Source: Balanoglossus misakiensis (taxonomy: Eukaryota > Animalia > Hemichordata). From it: DNA of 64,000 nucleotides. The notes under the pieces are model-generated. The model was not told the DNA's origin. It ran no database searches and saw only the letters and a program-made list of their open reading frames with translations. This document shows positions 53,053 to 64,000 of the stretch, piece by piece. The position numbers and the translations under genes are program-made. Positions within the stretch are counted from its first letter, which is position 1. The number at the start of each line of letters is the position of its first letter. The stretch covers positions 733,882 through 797,881 of the forward strand of contig CM082591.2 of the NCBI GenBank assembly GCA_040954595.2. The letters run 5' to 3'.

Positions 53053-56000
53053 ATGTCAGAACCATCTGCAGCACTGGTTGTATTGAAATCATGGGACAAG
53101 GAGGCAAAGACCTCCCAACCAACTCAAGCTATAATCAAACATCTCCAAGAAAACACACTCCAGTCTGAGAACATTTCTGAATTCCACTGTACTACCCTTG
53201 AAGTTGAAGTGAGTGAAGAACAAAAGAAAGATGCAGAGAGTGTTGGTGCTACTTTGATCCCAGCTATAAGAGACAAGTGGTTGAATTCTACTGAAGACCC
53301 CCCTGGAGTACACTGGTTTGCCAGCCACAGTATCCACTTCCCAGACCTGAAGGACCTGAAAAACATCCAACATGTAGTCGGATATTCTCCACAGACACAG
53401 AATTCAGCCGCAGCAATTCAAGAAAGTCTCTTCCCTGAAGCCAAACTTCATCAACTCCAACTTCCCAATCCACCACCTGCGGCAGCATTAATGGTAATGC
53501 AAACCTGGCAGACAGAATCAGAAGATCAGACAACAACACCAACTCACAAGCTTGTCACTGAATTCCGTGAAAAGTCACTGAAGTCAGACGAAGTTTCTCA
53601 ATTCTACTGTACTTCACTTGTTGAAGTGAGTGAAGAACAAAGGAAAGATGCAGAGAAATTTGGTGTTACTTTGATTTCAGCTACAAGAAGTGAGTGGTTG
53701 GATCTTCATGAAGACCCCCCAGTAGTAAACTGGCTTGTTAACCATGGTACATACTTCCCAGATCTGAAGAGGCTGCAAAACATACAGCATGTAATTGGAT
53801 ACTCCCCAAAAACAAAGAATGCAGCAGCTGCAATTCATAAAAGTCTCTTCCCTGAAGCCAAACTTCATCAACTCCAACTTCCTGATCCTCCCGGTGTATT
53901 ATTTGTAAATGAAGAATGGAATAAAGAAGACTGTGACTTGAACGGGTTTCACAGAACTCTCGTACAAGATTTCTGTGCAAGAAAAGTCAAAGAAGGAAAA
54001 CCTGTTAAAGCCTATTCCACCTTTGTTGGTGTCAAAGCCAGTGATGACCAGAAGACAGATGCTGCCAGTTGTGATGTTACATTGATTCCAGCACAACCAA
54101 AAGACATCACTGATCAACCGGACTTAAAATGGTTGTTGAATCATGAAAGCTACTTTCCTGATCTAAGAAAGTTAGAAAACATCCAGTATGTTGTTGGTTA
54201 CGCTCCAAAGACCGGATTCGCTGCTATAGACATCAGAGCAAAGTTGTTTCCAGCTGCTAAACTTGTTATGATTAACCATGCCTATGAAGATGATAACTGT
54301 ATGTTGGAAATTCCAGACGGGAACCTCAGTGAGATGATGCTGAAGATGGCAAGTGAAGCTGACGTCATATTGTCAATTGGTCCGAAAATGTATGAGCATT
54401 TCACTAATGAATACAGAGCAGAAATTAATGGAAAGAAACTTTCCAGTATCCCTCACATGGAGATCCTTCCAAGACCCGGGAAAGTCTTCTTTGACAAAGA
54501 TCCAACATTACCAGATGAAGTGGAAATCCACCGCATACTGACATATGGACAGTTTGATACACCAGAAGCCTTGAATAGATGCGAGATGCTAGCTGCTTCC
54601 ATTGGAAGAGTAGCAAATGCACGGAAAACAGTTGGCCGCAGACCTCCTGTATGGTCAATACTGGGAGCTTCACCAGAAATCCGTCAAACGGAGTTGAAGG
54701 GCCTTACAGCCAAAACGAAGAGTGATCATGTGAAGACATATCTCAACTTATATTACACAGAAAATAGTCTGCAAACATCACTGCTTCAGTCCCACATTTG
54801 TCTTCCTGCATCCTTCTACAAGAAATATGGTTTTATTGGGTTAGAATCTGTGGTCATTGGAATACCAACCTTACCTGATGAAGATTCTGAACTTGGTCAG
54901 TTTCTCAGCAAATATTTTCCAGAGTTTGCAGAAACCTTCTTATTGCCTAACACCATTGATGGAAAAGTGAAGAGGATAATGAAGATTGTCAGTAACATCA
55001 GGCTTGCCTTTATCCAAGCTACAGAACTGAAGAATGCCTTCAAAGTGAGTGAGGATGTGAATAAGAGTTATGCTAAATTTGCTAGTCTGATGTCACCAGA
55101 GAAGAAAGAACACCAGGAACACACAATTGACCAAAGCAGAAAGTCAAAAGGTATGTTCAAACAAACAAACTTATGTAGATGTTCTGTTCAATAGTTTCAA
55201 CATGGGACATGTTATGATGTATTGCCTGCAAATAGGCTAGTCTTGCTTCTACATGAAATTGTTCTGTCATGCAGAAGCTTTCAGCCCTATAGCATATGAT
55301 CGAACTCAGGTTTGATAACACGCTTTAGATCAACTGGCTAATTTATGCTGGAGAATTAAAGCTTTCAGAGACATGGTAGGCTCCTTCTTCAGGTGCAACA
55401 ATGGAACCTGAGTTTATTTTGTACTGAAGATCAGCCCGGCTATCTGTAGCCTGGCTAGCATTAAAGGGACAAAGTCTCTCTCCGCTACCCTATTTTCCAT
55501 AAATTATGTTTGATACAAAACACCGTTTATGTTATTCTACATGTGGATATATATTCACTGTCTATAGTGAATCAAAGTTCAACCACACACAACTTCCATC
55601 CCATTTGTAGGATATGAGAGTAAAAATCTTGCCAAAATGAATAAACGGTAAACACCAATACAACTTATGTACTCCTGCACTCTGTCATTCTGAAACAGCA
55701 ATTGCAGTTCCAGTCCAGCCAGATGGAGATGTTCGTCAACAAAATCCAACAACAGCAGAGCAGCAGATGCCAAGTCAACCACCGGCAAAGAGAACAGCAG
55801 AAGAAGCATTGAATGACACAAACCAACAAACTACGAAAGTCCACATTAAGGAATTGGATGAAACGGATACAAGTATGACAGCAGAGCCACTACAAAACAC
55901 AGAAAACCATGAAGACACAACCATTTCATTTCATCTCAGACTGGATGAAAATGCCTATCAGCAACATCTACAAGACGAAGCACCGAACGAGGCAATGCAG

Positions 56001-59000
56001 CAGGCGGCTTCTGCATCTTGGGACAAATGCAAACAGGGGTTGGAGAGAAGAGCAGCTGAAGTGGTAACCAATAGCGATGACATCAACAAAGTCAAGAAGG
56101 CTTGCACTGACACAATGGGTGAAGTGGACGTAACCGATATGAAGAATGGATCACTGCAAATCACAGTAAACACGCCTGTACTTTTTAATCTCTTTAAATT
56201 GCGGGCAACCTGTCAATCAAGAAGTTTACCTGAAGCGTTTGAACCAATCTTGGTAACAGATGAAATAAGAGAGGAGGCCAACAGAACTGGAATACCACTA
56301 CAGTTGACAGCAACATATGACCAAGCCAGGTTTGATGAACTGGAACTATTCTTCCTGAACAGTAAGTCTGTCCTCAGGTTTTTGATATTTTTGAGTGTAC
56401 CGTATTTAACTTATTACAACCCAATGAACAAAATCAGAGAGTATTTTGCATGGATAATTAAGTTGTAGTATTAATAAGTTAATTGCTCAAAGTTTAGACA
56501 TACATTCTTCCAAAACATCAGACTGTACTTCATGACTTTTCCCATTTATTGTCTTTCAGGAGATGGTGGGGGAATAGGCCCAGTGGAAATACCGGAATAT
56601 GATGATAGAGTAGAAGAGGAAAGTGTTGATGAAATAATGGATGAGGTACATTAGATTGTGTTATTATAAGGAGTAAATGATATAGCATATCAATCTAATG
56701 ATAAATGCAGTAAAGCATTATAGTAAATTTATGCATTTAACAATTGAATGGAAGACTATAATGTCCTGATACATGTATTACATTTCTGTTACCTCGGTCA
56801 TAAACAATTTTCCACATATTTGTTGCTTTTACCACTAATTACCATAATTATTACATTTCCAATAAAGTTTCACAGAACATGTGTGGCTTTCCAAGATGCA
56901 GAGATGGAAATTGGTTCTTATCATTTTCAGACTGACCAGAAACCAGGTGAGTACAAGATTTTGGGTTTGTCATCATTTGAGATTTCTAAACCTACCTTAC
57001 TGTCATTTAAATCATGAGCAATGGTGTCATTTTAGTCGTTTACCGGTAGATAGAAATCATTCAAGACAGCTAGAGGCATCATTGTTAAGTTTTTTTTCCA
57101 GAAAAAAAATACATTTGACGATAACAGGATTCGTGTGTTTTGCAGGTGGGACATTATCCAAGTTATTTCTTGAGATTGATCGGACACATGAATTCCAGAA
57201 GTCAGCAGACAAATATGCACCTCAGATATTTGACAGTGAGCAGTGTAAAAGACAGAAAGGAAGACAGTGTGACATCATACAACTATCCGGGAAAATGACC
57301 AAGAAAGTTCAGCATATTCTATCTCACAGACCTCGAGTCTTAGAGTTACTGGGTGTTAGAAGGTATCTTATGACTGACACAGAAAGGACTGATTTCAGTG
57401 AATCAGGTAATAAACAGTGACTTTTAAATTGTGTGAATATAACTCTTTAATACATTACTACAGCAAATCTAACAATCAAATCTAACTACACAAAGGTTTA
57501 ACAGAACCTATGAGAAAAATTTTCTTTCAGTATCAAGATATGAGGTTGTATTTAGTGTAAGCTTAACTGTGGAGATGATACTTTTACAAAACAGCCAATA
57601 GTACAGGAAATATACTATCTCAAAAATCACTACTCTCAATGAACAATTATTGCCATACATCCATCAGTAAATTTTCAAACAAAATATAAAACTGGCACAT
57701 TCAAAATTCATGGAATTTGACAGCCAATGTTTCCTGCATATCATACCTAGGTCAATAATTTGGTGAAATTTACTTCACAAACTTAAATAATAATGTGAAA
57801 ATAAAGCATTTGGCAGAGCATCTATTCAGATCTGCAGATTGTTAAGTATACGTCATTGAAATAATTACATTAAATCTACTTCATTTCAGATTTGGAGGGA
57901 AAAATCATACAATATGGCACACCAGTTCTTTCCATTACAGCTGAATCTATCAGCTCACAAGCACAAAGCTTACTGCCCTTTGAAGTTAGTCTAAAACAGT
58001 TCCAAGAAATGCAGTCCTTGAAATCAGATAAGAAATCTCTAAAACAGCATTTGGATGAGACCTTGGCAGAAAGGTTCAAACTTCGAGCAGAAAAGATGAT
58101 TCTAGAGAATCAGTTGAAAGAAGCAATTCAGGAAAAGTCACTCTTAGAAAAGCAGTACAAAGATTGTGTTCAGAAACTTGAAAAAAATGAAAAAGTAGCT
58201 TTCACACAACTTATGGATGTCATTTCCCTCAAGCAAAGATTAGAAGAATCAGACCCTAGACACATCAAAGAGTTGAAGTCCAAACTTGATCAGAAAGAAC
58301 AAATAATTGCTGAACTCAAATCAAAATTATCCCAAGCTGAGCTGCAACTGAAAAAGGCTATGGGTCTTCAACTGGGAGAAGATATAATATTGAAAACTGG
58401 GCAAGGTGAGATTGATTTTGAGTTTACTTTGGGATGTGGTCATGACATAAAAACAGCTGGTTCATATTATTAGTAATAAAAGCCTTGTAAATGAGACATG
58501 CTGATGATTCCAACAATCAACAGGATGTACCATATTGGCTTTTATTTTATCTTGTTGTTTCAATTTTCACTATCATAACTTTGAGAATGTTTCTGATGTT
58601 TTTCTACTTTAAGTTTAAACTGAGGTCACCATATCCTGTTCAATTTTCAACACTGTTTATCAGGCTTCTGAAGATACATTTATTAACAATCTCATTCTCA
58701 GGGGAATTCACTTTTTTGTCTTCTCATTTCAATTTTGAATTATAGCTGGTGATACAGAAACTACTGAGGAAAAAGAAACTGGGGATGCCAAAACCAAACC
58801 AACACAACCTGAGATGAGAAGAGAAGAAGAAACTGGATCGGGGGAAACCAAACATCCACAACCAGAGACAACTGCAGAAAAAGAAATTGGGGATGCCAAA
58901 ACCAAATCAACACAAACTGAGACAACAAGAGAAGAGGCATCTGGGTCTGCAGACCTAACCAAACAAGATGAACCAAAGTCAAAAGAAAGACAGACTACAT

Positions 59001-61448
59001 GTGAGAAAGGTAAGGCAATGAAACCTGACATACTCAGAAAATGTTATGGAGGCTAAATGTACAGAACACATTTCACTGGCATCTGTTCAGAGTAAAGCAT
59101 CAGTGGAATTAAGTCTTAATTTATAGTGATTCCTCAAGGATCCCATGTTAACCCTTTTACCCTCTGAGTATGTCCAAATTTACCATAGAAAACGATGGAT
59201 TTCGACCAAACCATTGTGGTGAAAGGGATAAAAGCACTGTTGGTGTACCTTTCTCACATTACCCCACTGCATTCATAGTACAAATTATGAAATTTCAAAT
59301 TTAGGACTTACCAAATTAATTTTTTTTATCCAAGTGACAATCTGGAACAGCCAGTGGTGTTAAGACAGACCATTATCATGATCATCCTAAGTGACTGAAG
59401 GTTTTCCATCTCTCAGATCATCTGCAATGATTAACAAACTCCTTTCAGATAGATTTTCTAGTAAAAATATATCACCATTTTCACTACCCTATTTTTCGTT
59501 TCAAGTAGCCCACCTAGGACAACAATATCAGTAAATTCTTCAAAGTTAAATTTACAACAATTATTTTCTCATGCATTTGTTCAACAAAAATACTCACTCG
59601 GTCTCAGAAAGTGACAGTCTTCTCAGCTAAGGACAGTAGATTTGTTCTCTGTTCACAATTGTGACAATTACTGATTTGAAAACAGACCATCTATGGGTGG
59701 CTAGAAAAAGAAACAAAGATAATATCATGGTATGCCACATTACAAATGTATATTCACCTCATTCATGGGACATTTTTCTATTCCGATTTACCATGCAGTA
59801 TAACACAAACCAAAAACTGGCTGACCTACTGGTATAATGGTTCAAAATGATTGTAACCATGTTATCAAGATATATTAGAATCAATTCAATATAACCATCT
59901 TTAAAATTAAGAGAATAATCATTGTATTACTGATCTGTTCATGTATGTTGCCATGGTTACTTGGTATTGAAAAACTTCAAACATATAGTTTTAGAGTACT
60001 TTGGCAGAAAATTTATCAAAGCATTAATTCAATTTGTTAAAAGAAGTTTTATTAAAACACTAACTCTTGCAAAGTGCCATATTGTTCAAAATAAATTCAG
60101 TTGCCACGGTTACCAGTTAATAATGTTACCGTAATAAATTTGTTCAGGAAAATAACGAACTGAGGAATTATCCCTGAAGTTTAGTTCAAGAATCTTTATG
60201 AAAGGTCTATTGAGTCAAAAGTTACGAGAAAAAGAGCATTTTTGACCTGATTTCTTGAAATGCGTTACCATGGGAGCATCAATGTTAATATCCATCCATT
60301 TAATTTTTAAATAAGAATATCTTTCATGCATATTATAATAATCTGTCAATAAAGAGACAAAGTAAATTTCCTCCTCGGTATTGCAGAGAAATAGAAATAG
60401 TTCCAGAAACTGGGGGTTAGTCTGGTTGCCATGGTTACTCATCACTGTAAACATTGAGTAGAGATTCTGCCCTTTAGTAGTTCAGTTGCCATAGTAATGA
60501 TTCGTTTCTTTTGTAATACATGTATGCTTTATCTTGTTAAAATGAACAATAAAACACTAACTCTAGCATATTCCTAATGCATTTCAATACAGCATGTTTG
60601 ACCTTTGACCTTTGTTTCACCTAACAGGTCACTGGTCAGTGAGGACACTGGATGGCCAAAGTCCAAAGCCAGGGCGAAAGTTTAAATACCCGTCTGGAAT
60701 GGTGTTCCATGGTGACAAACTGGTGGTGTGTGATGAAGGCAACAGGGTTGTACAGATACTGAATCAAGATTACACCTGTGACAAAGTCTTGGGAAGTTTT
60801 GATGGTCAGTTTGCAAAGCCATTTCAGCCATGGGATGTAGCTGTCTCCCATGACAACATCTATTTCATAAATGATGGTGGAAATTCTCAAATTGTTGTTT
60901 GTGATCAAAACAATAAAATTCTTAGAATAATTACTCTACCTGCAGGCGTCGATGTCTGTGGCATCGCTCTACTGAAAGGATTTGTTTTGGTCACTGAGAT
61001 CAAAGGTCATCGGCTACTCAAGTACACCCAAGATGGTCAGTATGTTGCAGAGGTTGGTGGTAAAGGTGTTGGCCAAACACAATTCCAGTACCCATACTCT
61101 GTGGTGGTCAACAGTAAGAATGTGATCATGGTGTCTGACAGTGGCAATGACTGCATCAAGTGTTTTGATGCTGAATTGAAATTCTTGTATCAATTTGGTG
61201 TGTTTGGTAGAGGTCCTGGTCAGCTGTTCTGTCCACGCAGCATTGACATCGATGACGACGATAATTTGTTTGTGTGTGATTGGAGTAATCATAGGATTGT
61301 GAAATGGAGATTTGATGGAAAGTGGATCTGTCACTTATTTGAAGGTGAGGTGGGACACCCTCGGTTCCTTGCAGTCAGCGGTGACAGAATTGCTGTTGGA
61401 GAGTCTCTCAGACACCAATTAATCAAAGTATTCCACAAACAGACATAA
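53053..61448 (+). CDS. Mosaic 1574-aa protein: 2 extra GT N-lobe repeats + degenerate GT4-like glycosyltransferase + TRADD-N-like domain + coiled coil + NHL-repeat beta-propeller
   Basis: Exons 53053-55150, 55699-56361, 56560-56645, 56931-56946, 57146-57406, 57890-58405, 58746-59009, 60628-61448 (4725 nt, phases compatible). GT-B motifs ADVILSIGP and ICLPASFYKKYGFIGLESVVIGIPTL; GSLQITV...LFKL...FEPILVT. NHL repeats FQYPYSVVVN..IMVSDSGNDCI and LFCPRSIDID..LFVCDWSNHRI. Confidence 0.8.
59148..59231 (+). mobile_element. piggyBac-type MITE copy
   Basis: TTAA-CCCTTTTACCC...CCATAGAAAACGATGGATTTCGACCAAACCATTGTGGTGAAAGGG-ATAA. Confidence 0.65.
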
Positions 61449-62403
61449 ACATCACCATGAAATGCATGTCCACACGACATCAAAAACAGTGAAATTTGTG
61501 AGAAAATTTAGAGACAGCGTCGATAAATTTACGACTGTTGTTGATTGCATGCCATGGCGACAAAGTTCAAACTGAACCCATGTCACTTTCACAATTTTTG
61601 GAGTTATTTTCCACATTTTGAAGTAAAATTCAAAACAGAAATTAATTGTAGGTGCAGTCGCTACATGTACTGAGTGTAGGCAAAATAAACTGAGGGTGTT
61701 TTGAGTAATTTTTGCAGTTTATTTTGAGGGATTTTGAGACAAGACCGTTTGAAACTGAATGCAATCCGTCAACTTGGAATGTAAACAATCAAAAATTGGG
61801 CTCTTTTTTCCACATTTACAAAGACATTTTTGAAAGAAACTTATTTCAGCCTACAGTCGCTTCATGTAACGAGTATGAATAATCCAAATCTGAGTCGTTT
61901 TGGAATATTTTTACTCGTTTTTTTGATGAATTTTGACATGGAGGGGTCTGAAAGTTATGACGTGCGGTCCATTTCCCATCAGATCTCCATTGCATCCGAA
62001 AGGATGAAGGCGTTTCATCAATTGATGTGTGCAAAATATTTCTAAAAACTTACCTGTAAATCGCCTGATATATATTGTATTGTAATTTGTACATATTTCC
62101 ATTCTGTAGTCCAAAATTGTTGTTATTTCAAAAATATATGAACAAGGGATGAGAACGACAGTCCTTTTGTTTTAACGGCATTTGTTTTTACGGTGTAGAG
62201 GGCGCACTTACACCTCGATGTACTGCGATGCAGATTGCAGTGCGGAACGTGATTTTGCAGTTTTAATGAGATATGTAGAAAATGTTGACTATTTTTATTT
62301 TGTTTTGTCGATTTCAAGACGTAAAATTTCGCTGTACTGGCTAAAAGTCAACTACTTTACTAAATTGTAAAGTATTCTTGGTTCAAAGGTATACTTAAAT
62401 ACT

Positions 62404-62419
62404 GCCGACAGGGGGCGCT
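62404..62419 (+). promoter_or_regulatory. CTCF-like binding motif
   Basis: GCCGACAGGGGGCGCT resembles the CTCF core consensus; a second, TAGAGGGCGC, lies at 62196-62205. Confidence 0.45.
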
Positions 62420-63101
62420 ATCAGGCCGACTGGGCCAACTGTTGCCCATAGTTACGGGTTATGGGGAGTATAGAGCTTTATACGTGTTTATTATTACAAC
62501 AATCACTCTGGCTTTTTGTGTTTACTTTGAATTTGTTTAAACTTTACATGTACTTGAATGCATTGCTGAAAGTACATTCTGTATGTGACACTGGCTTTAT
62601 CAATTGTCATAACTTAACGCCAGAAAATTGGTTACAATTAAATGCAAGAACTTGTTATGGAAATGGCAATTCTAGTATCCCATGATTCACTGCAAATTTG
62701 TGACTTTTTCATAATTGACGATAAAAAAAACATATCTAGAATTTACACTATATTAGTGAACATGTTAGGTGATGTGTTTCTGTGTCACAACTATTATGTG
62801 AGTCAGTTTCTTAGCAACATATATCTTCATGTAGCGCTGATGTAAATATAATGAAATAAATGAGAATGTGATAAAATCAACACCTGTGTGTTTGATCATG
62901 CTTACATTCATGCACAAGGCATGAGCAACTGAGATTCTATGATTTCTTCATTAGTTAAATCAATTTTCCATCCAGTAACATGCACACACATCGAAAATAT
63001 GATTACTATCAGATGTAGGGTTGGCTCGATCTTGACCTTTGCTGATTATTGGCTGTTCTGTTCTCGAATGTGTATTCTTTCTACTGGAGTTTTGCATTCT
63101 T

Positions 63102-63193
63102 TTAACCCTTTCACCCCCATTTCCCTCCTAGTGGTCCCACTTTATCATAGGAAACAATGGATTTGAACCAAACCATGATGGTGAAAGGGGTAA
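63102..63193 (+). mobile_element. piggyBac-type MITE copy
   Basis: TTAA-CCCTTTCACCCC...GGTCCCACTTTATCATAGGAAACAATGGATTTGAACCAAACCATGATGGTGAAAGGG-GTAA. Confidence 0.65.
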
Positions 63194-64000
63194 ATGAATC
63201 GGACCATGTTTTGAGGCCAAATCACATAAATGTGTTTAAACTTACTGAGTTTCTTCTCAGATTCGGATCCAAACAACAAATTCTCAATCTTCGTGTCTTT
63301 GGGACTTTGCACAGTTGTGTCTGGAATTGTATCCAAGTTTTGTGGATTCTTTCTGTATCGGAGACTCTCCCATTCACCGTTGCGTACCTTCATGAGAAAG
63401 ACAGAAATTAGAATAAAACATGCTGCCAGAATTCAGATGTTGCCATCAATTTATCTCAAACCAGGATAGACTAAAAGCCCAAATAGCTGCCACCTTTAGC
63501 ATTTGACAAAATACTAATCAATCTTCCCCTTTATCCTTAGTCAACAAATGACGTGTACACCATTTGTGGAGAAAAAACTTAGTGGAAAATACTGAATATG
63601 GCGTTACACCAAACTAGCATAGGAGCACAACACAGCACAACACACCATACAACATTCAACACAAAGTATGTCATACACACTTCTTTTTTATAAGAAAGTC
63701 TCTAACTTTCAATTTTCAGTATATCCTCGATCGACCATTCCATCTAAATTCCAAAATCAAAGGACACTGAGACAATTTCAGGCAGTTATATGACACGCCC
63801 AATCAGGTGATTATTATCACAGAACAAATCACAAAATACACAATGTATGATGGGACTGAAGAAAAACACTTCAGGGTATATGCCATTTATGTGGACTTAG
63901 TCCTTCACTGGCAAAGTGCAATTAATCAAAAGCTGTTTGGTATCCTTGAAATAAATCAATAGCCATTCTTTGTTTTCCAGAAGTATATGTTACCATATTT

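Noticed and set aside
55611-55647. Possible small exon (GYESKNLAKMNKR) in the GT-NHL gene
   Set aside because: Including it gives phase 2 into the 55699 acceptor and a premature TGA; direct 55150-55699 splicing keeps the frame. It could at most be a poison exon.

Overview
AT-rich, intron-containing eukaryotic DNA, inferred to come from a marine invertebrate deuterostome (hemichordate-like; not provable from this window). I assembled five complete spliced genes by hand, each with GT-AG introns and exon lengths summing to a multiple of 3. (1) A Four-jointed/FJX1 Golgi kinase (+, 17687-20886, 5 exons, 633 aa). (2) A type II membrane GDP-fucose O-fucosyltransferase-like gene (+, 22074-24047, 4 exons, 463 aa). 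(3) Bax (-, 27432-26006, 5 exons, 221 aa). (4) A divergent NR1 nuclear receptor mixing ROR and Rev-erb/E75 features, head-to-head with Bax (+, 29810-49820, 9 exons, 522 aa, 15.7-kb first intron). (5) A 1574-aa mosaic protein (+, 53053-61448): triplicated N-lobe and degenerate GT-B (GT4-like) glycosyltransferase, TRADD-N-like domain, coiled coil, repetitive linker and NHL beta-propeller; its reading frame needs a 16-nt microexon. This last gene is the best candidate for an undescribed innate-immune or signalling system. Also present: the probable first exon(s) of an unidentified minus-strand gene leaving the window to the left, a possibly decayed ORF block with a RING-like motif (15.2-17.3 kb), a CACTA/EnSpm-like non-autonomous element filled with a palindromic 25-bp minisatellite, a piggyBac-type MITE family, a Tigger-like MITE, a tRNA-derived SINE head and microsatellites. 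All calls were made by eye, without database searches.
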